From: Nemertoderma westbladi
Taxonomy: Eukaryota > Animalia > Xenacoelomorpha
Length of the DNA: 64,000 nt
NCBI GenBank assembly: GCA_032718475.1
Contig: JAUCBJ010006989.1
Location: 1-64,000 of the forward strand
Direction: 5' to 3'
Positions 1 to 11,581 of this stretch are shown piece by piece (the first letter of the stretch is position 1; each line of letters opens with the position of its first letter). The translations under genes were made by a program, and so were the position numbers. The notes beneath the pieces were generated by a model. That model had not been told where the DNA came from, searched no databases, and was given only the letters and a program-made list of their open reading frames with translations.

Positions 1-2
1 TA

Positions 3-892
3 TCATGGAAACGAGGTATATACCTCATGAGGCTATCCTTACACCAGAACCTTTTATTTAAGTAAGTAAACATTTTATAAGTTGACTATCTACATAAATC
101 AGTATTGGTGCTCCTAAATATCTAGTGTTATTAGGCCTACTTGCACTGTAGGCCTAATATCGTAACGTAATCTTTATAAATGTATTATTGTGAATTTTAA
201 AAGGTTTAATTATGTGTAAAAAACAATCAATCAATCAAACCATAATCAGCACAGTAAGCCTACGCATGGGTGGTACCTACGGTGCGCACTACAACGGCTG
301 AACGGCAGTACAGCAATACGGTGTACCGTGCCAATGACTGAATGATTAGCGGTAACTACTGAACTATCTAAACTATTATATTATTACCGGTACTAGGCTA
401 ATTAGGCCTAAACTATAATCACCGCAAGGGTTTCCGGGGCCATGTTTAGATTACATGATATGGCATGTCTGCAGTGTATGGTACCGGCTGACCTGTATTA
501 CAGCCTGACAGTACCGGTACAAATGGTACATGCAGATTGGCAGACAGCCCCTATGTTTTGCAAAATTTGTCAGAAAACCAGCTGATTTATCCTACAGTAA
601 TAATAATTTAACGCATGTTAATTTTGGATAAATAAATATATTATAACTACAATAACAGTTACACTGATGCTGCACGAAGGCCCCACGCAAATTCTACTTG
701 GAAAATTTTCAAACTTTTGCCAAACAACATGTGTACCAAGTTTGGATAGATTTCATCAAGGATTGGCCGAGTTATTAACGTTTAAAATAAAATACTGAAA
801 AAAAACGCGACAGAACGACAGAACGACAGAACGACAGGTTGATTAATGGTACCACTACGCTAAGGCTCTCTCACTTCGTGGCTCGCCCCACA
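3..892 (+). mobile_element. ~890-bp repeat, copy 1; Helentron-associated (HINE/DINE-like) non-autonomous element candidate
   Basis: Near-identical to 2094-2986 (I see 2 substitutions and one 3-bp indel). Contains the GAGGTATATACCTC palindrome, TGTGTACCAAGTTTGG, a (GACAGAAC)n microsatellite and a 3' CAC-TTC-GTG hairpin ending CTCGCCCCACA. The class is inferred from this layout. Confidence 0.6.
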
Positions 893-2093
893 TAATAATA
901 CCTATAATTAGCATTGTGGTAAGCATTGGTTACCATGGTTACTCTTACCAGAGTCTGTATGGGAGCAGGAAGCTATACCGCAGCTAAGTTGTCTGAAACT
1001 GATTCCAAGAAAACAAATGATAAATATTATTGGAAAAAGTCCAGAGTAATATAATGTTATGTTATAATATGGTCTCTTTATTTCACTGCTATATATTCTC
1101 AAGTTCTTACTGTTTTCCTTCGTTCTGTGACGTCACTATAACTCACCTGAAAGGCACTACTACAGCCAACTGAGAGTCGTCCCTGAGACAGCCGTCCAAG
1201 GCCGTAACTAAATCGCCGAAAAGGGGTCTACATTCCCGTTCAGCCGACCAGCACCAGAGACAACTATTTTATTATTTTACCAATTATTTAATATGTTTGA
1301 TAGAATTGAACAACACCGCCCAACACAACCAACTCTCTATCCGCCTCGAGCATCGAGAATACGAGAAACTCGATCGAAATACCTGCTTATCCCAGTAGTA
1401 TCCGTCCGTAGTCAGAGTCACCGGACCGCTGCGGTTTACTCCCGTAGAACAGTAGAATTCCCGCAGCTTCCGACCCAATTCGACAACGAATTCGCTTCAC
1501 ACTTTCGCGTCACAGAGAACGTAATCCAGTGCGATAACGTCTGCCCAACGTTCAACCATTTCCCCCAGGCGATCCCAGGATCCGGGCCGCCGCTAAACCC
1601 AGATCGCAATCCTCGTCGATTCGTCCAGTCGTCGACGTAAGTCAGTAAGTGGGACTCTTCCCACCGCACTCCAAGGTGGGTGACCGGAGTGAGGCATGAT
1701 GAACTTGGCAGTGGCCCGCATTACGATCTGACCGACCGCCGTATTCCCAGTGTCTGAGTGTAGTAAATACCCAAATAGAATCGTACTGACAAACAAGCAA
1801 TTCCGTAGTATTCCCCCGTTAATCACCTCTTGAAGCAACTCGGCTGCTCGGGTCCAGATACATCGGACTGCAGGACTGTCGGGAGCGTTTCAGACATCAG
1901 ACAGTAATGGAGCGGCATTTGCGAATATTTCCAATGGTTTTATAATAAATAAGGGGATTCAACAGTTCAATGCTAAAACAAATGGATTATTCCTAACCCC
2001 ACCCCAATACAGCAATATACCTAACAGTAATAGCTTAGGTACCACAGTCTGACTAGCTTTAAATATTAGAGTATGAAAATTATTATAGGACCC

Positions 2094-2986
2094 TCATGGA
2101 AACGAGGTATATACCTCATGAGGCTATCCTTACACCAGAACCTTTTATTTAAGTAAATAAACATTTTATAAGTTGACTATCTACATAAATCAGTATTGGT
2201 GCTCCTAAATATCTAGTGTTATTAGGCCTACTTGTACTGTAGGCCTAATATCGTAACGTAATCTTTATAAATGTATTATTGTGAATTTTAAAAGGTTTAA
2301 TTATGTGTAAAAAACAATCAATCAATCAAACCATAATCAGCACAGTAAGCCTACGCATGGGTGGTACCTACGGTGCGCACTACAACGGCTGAACGGCAGT
2401 ACAGCAATACGGTGTACCGTGCCAATGACTGAATGATTAGCGGTAACTACTGAACTATCTAAACTATTATATTATTATTACCGGTACTAGGCTAATTAGG
2501 CCTAAACTATAATCACCGCAAGGGTTTCCGGGGCCATGTTTAGATTACATGATATGGCATGTCTGCAGTGTATGGTACCGGCTGACCTGTATTACAGCCT
2601 GACAGTACCGGTACAAATGGTACATGCAGATTGGCAGACAGCCCCTATGTTTTGCAAAATTTGTCAGAAAACCAGCTGATTTATCCTACAGTAATAATAA
2701 TTTAACGCATGTTAATTTTGGATAAATAAATATATTATAACTACAATAACAGTTACACTGATGCTGCACGAAGGCCCCACGCAAATTCTACTTGGAAAAT
2801 TTTCAAACTTTTGCCAAACAACATGTGTACCAAGTTTGGATAGATTTCATCAAGGATTGGCCGAGTTATTAACGTTTAAAATAAAATACTGAAAAAAAAC
2901 GCGACAGAACGACAGAACGACAGAACGACAGGTTGATTAATGGTACCACTACGCTAAGGCTCTCTCACTTCGTGGCTCGCCCCACA
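2094..2986 (+). mobile_element. ~890-bp repeat, copy 2 (direct repeat of 3-892)
   Basis: Direct alignment by eye at offset 2091-2094. Confidence 0.65.
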
Positions 2987-3098
2987 AGTTGATTAATGGT
3001 ACCACTACGCTAAGGCTCACTCACTTCGTGGCTCGCCCCACAGGTTGATTAATGGTACCACTACGCTAAGGCTCTCTCACTTCGTGGCTCGCCCCACA
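2931..3098 (+). repeat. Three tandem copies of the 56-bp 3'-terminal unit of the 890-bp element
   Basis: GGTTGATTAATGGTACCACTACGCTAAGGCTCTCTCACTTCGTGGCTCGCCCCACA at 2931, 2987 and 3043. Confidence 0.9.
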
Positions 3099-3517
3099 AG
3101 CACTCCAGCACTGTATACTTGCTTATTTATAGGCAGGGCGAACGGAGAGTACCCGGGACAACGACAAGCGACAAACAAGGAGCGAATATGGCAATTCGCC
3201 ATATCCCGATTCGCCGCGAATGTGTACCCGGAACACTGACGAGTTGGAGCGAATACGGTGTACAGCGAACGGGAAGTACCCCCCGGGGCCGGAACGACTA
3301 TGAGGATGTCCCAACTTTAATTGACCTGACTTTAATTTGAATATTTTTTTATATCAGTATATCCTACTTAAACCTTACATATTTGGCCGGGGGGGGGGGG
3401 GGGGGGGCAGGGGGGTCATTTTCGAATTTTTATGGTAATTCATCTATGGGTCAGGTTTGTTTGGAAAACCGAGATTTCGTGACTTTTCCTAAAATTTAAG
3501 GGTCATCCAAGATCTAA

Positions 3518-3853
<336 letters not shown>

Positions 3854-4177
3854 TAAAGTACTGTAGGCCCTACAAGAAAAACTTTGTTGAAATAATACAG
3901 AAGTGTATACAGAAGTGTAAACTAATAAGGGGGGGGGGGGGGGGTGGGGTGAGTGGTTGGAGAAGCATAACAGAAATTACAGTTCAGTATACTATTTCAA
4001 AATTTCAGTGCAACTATTGGATAATGTTATTTTTGGTCCAACTAGTCTAAAACCCATAACCTACCTACATAAGCAGACTGTCAAGACATATTATGTTTTG
4101 TGAAAATTGTCCATGGTTACGAAAATGGAATTGCAGAATATATAATAACTAGCTATAACTAATTGTTTACATCATAA

Positions 4178-5071
4178 TTATATCTCCCTTAATACAACAA
4201 CCATTTTTAGCAAATCGGAGCCCACCCACCCCCCCCCCCCCCCTAGTTTTTTTCAAATTTCTATCATATGCTACGAAATTTGGTTTGATGATAGTTCGAC
4301 AACTTTTATTACTGATGGCATGTCTAGATTTTTCAATTTTAAAATTATTTAGCTACAACAAGCCGTAAAAATACCTATTTAGCAATATTTAACCATCTCT
4401 GTTGGCTTTAATTTTCGTCTTTTTAATGTAATCTAGATTAGAACCACAGATTCCGATAATCTCAAAACCGTTTTCATTTTCACCAATAACTTCCGGAGAT
4501 ATGTTATCAAATATCAAAGGTAGGCCCCCCTATACATTTTAACACGTAAATCGATATATTTCTAGTTTTTTTTACTAAATTCGAGAAAATTAATTACGAA
4601 TAATGAAGAAATAAGATCCGAGAGTTTTAAAGCCCTGCTAAATAATAAATAATATTCTAGAATAAAGACAAAAAAACATTAGAATTATATTGAATTTATT
4701 TACGTCTCAAAATACCCACCTTAGAGTTTTGATAATATCTGTGGCAATTTTTGGTGCAATTTAATATTGTTTTCAGATTTGGAATCTGCAGATGAAGGCG
4801 GTTCTATTGATATCTAGATTGCATTCGAAAGACAAAAAATAAAGTGAACGGTAATGGTTAATATTGCTAGATAGCGATTTTTTTAACTTTTTTAAACAGG
4901 TTATTGTAGCAAATAATATTTAAATTGATAAATTCAGCCCTGCCAGCATTACGAAAATTTTTCGAACTATCTTCATACCAAATTATGTAGCATTTGATTG
5001 AAATTTGAAAAAAATAGGGGTGGGGGGACTCTGACTTGCTAAAAATGGTTGTTGTATTAAGGGAGATGGTG
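4178..5071. mobile_element. MITE with long diverged terminal inverted repeats (Tc1/mariner-like end ATGGTG|TA)
   Basis: ATCTCCCTTAATACAACAACCATTTTTAGCAA (4182) is the reverse complement of TTGCTAAAAATGGTTGTTGTATTAAGGGAGAT (to 5067). Arm similarity extends about 250 bp. A related arm lies at ~8125-8320. Confidence 0.8.
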
Positions 5072-5112
5072 TACTGTTTAGTGAATAATTATAGTGATGC
5101 AACGTTACTAAT

Positions 5113-6180
5113 ATGAAGTCCAAAGGTGATAGCATTTCCGTGGTGGATGCCCGGCTTTCTCTTAATTCTGTTGATCAATATATATTTGAAGCAAAGAACC
5201 GATTCAACTATGCATGGAAAGCTCCACAAGAGTCGAACGCCACAATCGATGAGTTTACCATTTCTAGAACGTTGGGAACCGGTGCATTTGGTAGGGTGCT
5301 ACTTGTCAGACACAACAAAACTAATACATATCACGCAATGAAGATTCTTAACAAAGTTCAAATTGTGGAAAGTAAGCAAGTGGAGCACACACTGACTGAA
5401 AAGCGCATTCTCGCTTGTACAAAATTCCCTTTTATAGTCTCACTGTCTTATCATTTTAAAGATAATATTTATTTGTACGTTGTCATGGAATTTGTAGCTG
5501 GGGGGGAATTGTTTTACCATCTTAGGAGAACCAAACGATTCCCTGAAGATCAAACTAAATTCTACGTAGCCCAAGTTATCCTCGCCTTCCAATTCTTGCA
5601 TTCGATGAATATACTTTATCGCGACTTGAAACCTGAGAATGTTTTGGTTGATAACCAGGGTTATATCAAGCTAGCGGATTTAGGTTTCGCGAAGCAAGTT
5701 ACGGGTCGAACTTATACAATGTGCGGAACACCTGAGTACATAGCGCCGGAGGTCGTCAAAAACGTCGGATACGGGAAATCGGTGGACTGGTGGGCCATCG
5801 GGATATTTATGTACGAATTGTTCCATGGAACACCTCCGTTTGTGGACGAAAACCAACTCGAATTATACCGATCAATATTATATGACGATGTAAAATTTAC
5901 TTCGAAGTTTTCGAAGGTGCTTAAACATTTGATCAGCCATATTTTGAAAAAGGAAATAAGTTCGCGTTATGGTTGTCTTCGGAGTGGCATTGAAGATATC
6001 AGGAACCACGAATGGTTCCGTTCTCTCAACTGGGTCGCTCTGTACCATCGGACATTAATTCCACCTCTTATTCCCAGTACAAAAGGTCCAGGAGATTCAT
6101 CAAATTTTGAGAAATACGAAGAGGTTGAGTTTGCTAAAGCCAATACGGACATATGTTCTAAGGAATTTGAAGATTTTTGA
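5113..6180 (+). CDS. PKA-C: cAMP-dependent protein kinase catalytic subunit-like, intronless, 355 aa
   Basis: GTGAFGRV, HAMKIL, KQVEHT, YRDLKPEN, DLGFAK, RTYTMCGTPEYIAPE, GYGKSVDWW, GPGDSSNF and a terminal FEDF hydrophobic motif. Confidence 0.93.
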   Translation: MKSKGDSISVVDARLSLNSVDQYIFEAKNRFNYAWKAPQESNATIDEFTISRTLGTGAFGRVLLVRHNKTNTYHAMKILNKVQIVESKQVEHTLTEKRILACTKFPFIVSLSYHFKDNIYLYVVMEFVAGGELFYHLRRTKRFPEDQTKFYVAQVILAFQFLHSMNILYRDLKPENVLVDNQGYIKLADLGFAKQVTGRTYTMCGTPEYIAPEVVKNVGYGKSVDWWAIGIFMYELFHGTPPFVDENQLELYRSILYDDVKFTSKFSKVLKHLISHILKKEISSRYGCLRSGIEDIRNHEWFRSLNWVALYHRTLIPPLIPSTKGPGDSSNFEKYEEVEFAKANTDICSKEFEDF

Positions 6181-6637
6181 ATATTCAAAGTCAAATTTGG
6201 GGCAATTCCTACTCTAATGTTAACTGTCCGATTTTTGCAATGTTATAAGGTTGACCATATTGACATTATACTGCAACACGCTTGTTTAAAATCATTATCT
6301 AGTATTATAAATAGTATTATATCCACCACACAGTACATACATATGAAAGACCTTGTTTAGGGTGCACAGTTTAGGGAATTGTTAGAGTATTATGACGCGA
6401 AGCAGGTATGGAAGACCACAAATTGGAAAGTTGACTCATAAATACAGTACTAAGGAAAGTAGAATTTACTAACAAATCAATTTCCACTTTGTTTAAATTG
6501 CACTTTACAAGCCAGAGCTATCATCATAGTTTAGGGACGCTGATCACCTTGATTCTGTACTTCTACTTACATACCACGGCTATATGACAAGTCCTGTCCT
6601 TGCTGAGAGAGATTCTTGCCAATATAAACGTCAATCC

Positions 6638-7085
6638 TATCCATCTCCAGGAATATGGTGTCTTAAATCAATGACTTGAAACTGGAACCCCCACAAAATT
6701 TTCTGCCCAACTCTTCCCTCAAAATGTTCTACTAATCTTAATGGGATCTCAGGGAATTTGAAACAGATAGTTTCACCCCCCCCCCCCCCCCCCCCCCCTT
6801 CCTTAGTGGGTGAGCCATAATTTTTATCTTGCATTCAATCTTTAGCTACAAGCGTTTCAAAATGGTGTCTCCGCCGATATTGCACCAGTTACATACACCA
6901 TAGGTATTATTTATTATTATATAGATGGTGATTCGTTGACACCGAATAAAAGCCGGCCGTGCAAGGATTCCAAATATGTAACACAATTTGAATTTCGTTG
7001 ATAAATATCAGAGATATAGTCTTTCAAATGTTGAAAGGTTTTACGTTTGCGCGAGGCTATTTCATTATATTTAATTAATACATAT
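6638..7085 (+). mobile_element. Single diverged arm of the MITE family found complete at 16755-17654
   Basis: Shares TTCAATCTTTAGCTACAAGCG, GCAAGGATTCCAAATATGTAACACAATTTGAATTTCGTTG and GCGCGAGGCTATTT with 16755-17150. Confidence 0.75.
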
Positions 7086-8124
7086 ATTTATGAATATATA
7101 GGTAACTGTATTAAACTGTATTAATAATAGGCGAGCAATCTAGCATAAAACAAAAAAGTAATTCGCAATCAATACGAACCACATTTTTGGGATTCTATAT
7201 TACCATGTTAATCACCAAAAAAGTCTATAACATTTTTTTGCGGAACAGATAATATATTCAATGAAATTCTACATACTTTGCATAACACAAGCCAAACAAA
7301 AGGAACAGTAGGAAAGAGTAGGTAGAAAATTAGTAATTTATTGCACAATATCCCGCAATTCAATGGAGAATAAATACAATTTACGCCGGCCTGTTACACG
7401 TAAATTGCTATATCTCGGTAAATATAAGTCGCATCGAATTTTTAAATATACCAAAAACTCCACGATATATTAAGGTAACTGATGTAAAAAGATTATACAA
7501 TTCCACTCCAAGGAAATTTCATAATTTCCAATAATTTTAGCAAAGATTTTTCACATAATAAAATTGTGATTGCTCTATTGATTTTAGGTGTAATGTATTT
7601 ATTTGTTTTTGTTTAAAAACTACAATAGTTCATAATATAACAAATCATTTTCTGTGGATAAGTGTATTTGAGGTCAACAAATCCGATGGGTGAGGTTACA
7701 TCCACCCGTTCAGTAGAAAAGTTGTGTAAATAAGCTCCCTGTATTGTACCAGCAAAATTGATATATTAAAATTTGTTAAATGATTAGACAAATTTCTGTT
7801 GCTCACTACTTGCTGCTGGAAACTAAATGGTAACTATATAGAAGTCCATACTTCAGTCAATCGATAGTCATTAGAGTAAAGATTGTCTGTACCAAATTTG
7901 GAGAAATTCCCACCAATTGTTGCTATGTAAAATCCCTGTTGCTAAGGAAAGAAGCATCCAATTGCAAGCGATCCGCATAATTTATTTTTATAGACTTTTT
8001 CTAGATATTAGCAAGGAAATGTAGAATCAAAAAAATTGATTTGTATGAATTGCGAGTTAGTTTTGGGATTCCCCCCACCCCCCCCCCCCCCCATTTTTTC
8101 GCTAGTTGGATTGAACAATAATAC

Positions 8125-8320
8125 GCTATCTTCCTTAATACTGTTAATCGGTGGCTCCCCCCCCCCCTAATTTTTTCAAAATCCAATCAAATCCTACGAA
8201 ATTTGGTATGAAGATAGATCGACAACTTTTCATACTGCATGCAGGTCCGGATTTTCACTTTTTGAGTTATTTCTATACAAAAAGCCGTTAAAAATGACTA
8301 TTTAGCAATATTGAATGGTA
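8125..8320 (+). mobile_element. Arm fragment of the MITE family at 4178-5071
   Basis: Shares ATCTTCCTTAATAC, a C tract, CTACGAAATTTGGT, TCGACAACTTTT and CTATTTAGCAATATT with 4182-4390. Confidence 0.65.
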
Positions 8321-8399
8321 GAATCTTTTAGGCTCATTAACATAAGGAATGCCTGTTCACCACCATGGGTGATCTTCCACAGTAAACCCTTCCACCTCA

Positions 8400-8797
8400 T
8401 TCAAGGTTCGATTATTTGGGGCAGCAGTAAAACCAGGTCTCTTATATGGGAGTACATACTTGGCTCTATCTGCCTAGTACACAAAATCTCTGGATAGCAC
8501 TTATACAAGAATGCTACCCCGGGTTCATTGTGTCAAGTACAATAAACACATCTCCAATAAGACTCTTATACAAAATCGAAGGTGTTTCATTAGTTTCCGA
8601 AAGATTGACACTTGGAAGGAGCCGCCTCTGATTTCCAGGACATTGCTTTCGCCTTGAGGACCAGCCAGTGGAGTGAATAAGCATGGTGGACAGACCATGA
8701 CATCCTTGAAACGCATCTTAAAGGACACTGGCCTTGAAGATGCGGTTGATCTAGCAATAGTCGTGGATGATAGGGAGTTGTGCCGGGGAAATTTGTA
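8400..8797 (+). mobile_element. Degenerate 3' fragment of RTE-clade LINE
   Basis: Aligns to 35460-35895 (GGACATTGCTTTCGCC, GGAGTGAATAAGCATGGTGGACAG, AAGGACACTGGCCTTGAAGATGCGG). Confidence 0.8.
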
Positions 8798-9532
8798 ATT
8801 TATAATAATTTGTAATAATAATTACAATATCTTTACATTCGAAGTTTCTGATGAAATAGGATATATATGAAATACACATAATGACGTAAATTAGATGTCG
8901 ACATATGTGAAGAAAATTACTACAGTTGCTTAGCATTGCATATACGTCACGCAATGCACAAATAATCATGTGGTCAAATTTACGATCGCCCCCATATGGC
9001 GATTCATTGATAAGGACCGGTAGCTCATCGTGGTTCCTTCCTATCTCATGTATTATAGATACGGTACAGTTTACGATCTACAGCATAGTTACTTTTCTTG
9101 ATATTCCAACGGGAATTGAATTTCATAGTGGGATTCATTCATTAGGAATACTTTATGAGCAGCGGGAAAGGGTGACTGTCTTCCCACTCCTTATAAGGAG
9201 TGTCTAAAAGGATGCACGCATCTTGCGAATGAATATAATGGAGGCTGGTGGACAAAGGAGTGGGCTCAAACATTTTATGGCGATATTGTAACTTCCCATC
9301 CCAAAATTACCCCAACTTAAGGATATCATCAGAACAAATATAATTAAGATACTCAAAAAATCGCGTACCACCTAAAATCACAATTACAACTTTATCGGAA
9401 GTCTCACGGGATGGAAATGTAACAGAACGATCCAACTGCATCAGCTTCGTAAAACTGCAAATATAGAAAGTCAAAGAAACTCAACACAAGAGCGCCGCTG
9501 GTCCACAGGCCGAATCTCATTAGACTCGAGAC

Positions 9533-9590
9533 TACTACTACTACTACTACGTTCGGCATGCTGCATTGCAGCTGCATTCATTCATTTTTG
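9533..9590 (-). mobile_element. Isolated RTE 3' tail with (TAG)n end
   Basis: Reverse complement AATGCAGCTGCAATGCAGCATGCCGAACG(TAG)n matches the tail at 35921-35960. Confidence 0.7.
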
Positions 9591-9656
9591 CATCTCCCCT
9601 GCGCAAGGATGACATGCAAAATCGTGAAGCGTTCACCGTTAACTCATTCTTAAAAA

Positions 9657-9750
9657 TGCACGGGTTAGTGTAGCTAATGAACCAAATCCCGGCGAAACAC
9701 ATAAGCAAAAATGTAACCAATGTGATAATTTTACTTACAGTATTTAAACA
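9657..9750 (+). ncRNA. Degenerate, 5'-truncated copy of the type III hammerhead repeat
   Basis: ~95-bp match to 11433-11527. The core reads CTAATGA (G5->A), stem II is ACC/GGC, and the stem III 5' strand and GUC are missing. Confidence 0.65.
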
Positions 9751-9961
9751 TGTTGTTTCTCTATTTCCAATTAATTTTACTTGCTTGATATTGATTGGTC
9801 TGTCAAAAACATAATTCGTTCAACTCAAAATTACATTTAAGAGACCGGATCATGCTAAACATGGTTGTTTAAAATGCCTTCCTATTATTTTATTTTTATT
9901 ATAATTAGCAACCATGCACTAGACAATTTATCCCATATAGTGTTGCTATGGAAATGATTGT

Positions 9962-11340
9962 TTATTATTATTATTATTATTATTAGCTGACGTCGTACAT
10001 GAGACAATAGAATTAATTGCACAGTACAAAATACTTAGGAATAATTAAGTACTTAGGTAATGATTAAATTTAAAGCACAAATAAGATATTAATGGTGAAT
10101 ATATGAATATAACAACGAAATTATAAGTACAATATAACAATACTATAATATGATAAAATCGAATATCAGTATTAACTAGTGCACAGGAAATTCAGGATGT
10201 CATCCAGATCAACGGCATTAAAATTAGAAACTTCTAGGTTATTGAATTTGCATTCCAAAATTTCTTTAACAAAATTAACTTTATATAAATCTACAACAGG
10301 TGTGTAACGTAGATAGGATACTTGCTTAGTTGAAACTGTTCGTAAATCAAAGTGATTACACGCGTTACCAATAGATCTAAAGTTTCGACCACTTCGAGTT
10401 CTACAATCAAAAAGTGTCAGTTCTCCTAAGAAACGGATGCAAGGTTTGAACGAATTGAGTAAACTGTGAGCGAAAGTGACGAACCTTGATTGTAACATTA
10501 TAGAAGGGTGTTTAAATGGCACTACACTTTCCACTATGTATCTATGTGTATTAAACGGGAGATTAAAAAGTAGTCTGACATTAATATTCCATGTGGTGTA
10601 AATACGTGAGCATGAACTAGAGAATAAATCCCACAAGTTACTACCATAAAAACACATAGAATAAATACGCTGAATATTGCACAAATTATAGGGATTTGCG
10701 AAATGGAATTCCTGCCTTAATTTATTTAGTTTGCCTATAAATTGTCCCCTTTTACGAGCAATGTCCTGTTTCAAGGAGTTTTCGCAGTCAAGTAGATTAC
10801 CGAGATGTAAGGCCTCCTTGACCCAAGGTAGATTGACACCATTTAAGCTAATGGAAACATTGGGAATAATTGTAATTGAACCAAAGGAAATACATTTTGA
10901 TTTCGACTTTTCCGGTATAATGTTTGTACTAAACTGTAAGTTAAATTCTGATGCGAACTTGGCGCACAACGAGACCATGTGCTGTAGACCAATTAGAGAA
11001 GGACACAGTAAAAGTAAATCTTGTCTGCATATGCCAATACGCCCAAACAAGTAGAACCAATATAACATCCAATTCTAGAATCCCGCAACTTCCTCAGAAG
11101 AATATCTAATAGAATACAAAATAATATGGGAGATGCCACTGAGCCCTGCCGAACGCCGTTACTGATAGGGAAACAGTTCGAAGTCGAGCCTTCCCAACGA
11201 ACACAACATGATTGGTTTGTGTATATCCATAACAATGTACGGAGGAAGAAAGGTGAGAAGCCTTTTTTAATCAACTCAAGGAAAAGTTTGCACCATTCGA
11301 CTAGATCAAATGCCTTAGAAAGATCAAGAAGGGAACCGTT
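9962..11340 (-). mobile_element. 5'-truncated non-LTR retrotransposon (RT, C-terminus and (TAA)n tail), frameshifted at YADD
   Basis: ORFs 10993-11274 and 10172-11068 give GVRQGSVASPILF, LAYAD|DLLLL and HLGN. DLSKAFD-like sequence (LDLSNAFD) lies near 11310-11330. (ATT)n at ~9963-9984 is the tail. Clade not determined. Confidence 0.85.
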
Positions 11341-11424
11341 GATTTGATCTGGAATGCAATGCTAGTTTGTTTATATGTATGTGTGTGTGTTTAGCTGGTT
11401 TTTGGTGTAGCTAGTTTGATTAAC

Positions 11425-11478
11425 ATGTGTCCTGCACGGGTTAGTGTAACTGATGAGCCAAATCCCGGCGAAACACAT
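11425..11478 (+). ncRNA. Type III hammerhead ribozyme
   Basis: ATGTGT-C | CTGCAC-gggtta-GTGTAA-CTGATGA-GCC-aaatccc-GGC-GAA-ACACAT. It has the canonical core, a GUC triplet (C17=11431), a 6-bp stem III, G10.1-C11.1, and a 5-bp stem I plus one C.A mismatch that is C-G in the 9657 copy. Confidence 0.8.
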
Positions 11479-11581
11479 ATGCAAAAATGTAACCAATGTG
11501 ATAAATTTACTTACAGTATTTTAAACAGGGTTGCGCTTTGTGTCCCTGCTTAAATAAAATGATATTACATATATATATATA

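Noticed and set aside
1284-1838. Overlapping short ORFs in the GC-rich spacer
   Set aside because: No recognisable motifs on either strand; consistent with chance ORFs at higher GC.
3-2986. LTR retrotransposon (TRIM/LARD)
   Set aside because: No PBS after the first repeat, no PPT before the second, and no TG start visible.
9170-9320. Fibrinogen-like fragment (C...EYNGGWW)
   Set aside because: Only a short motif in a brief frame, without the other domain hallmarks.
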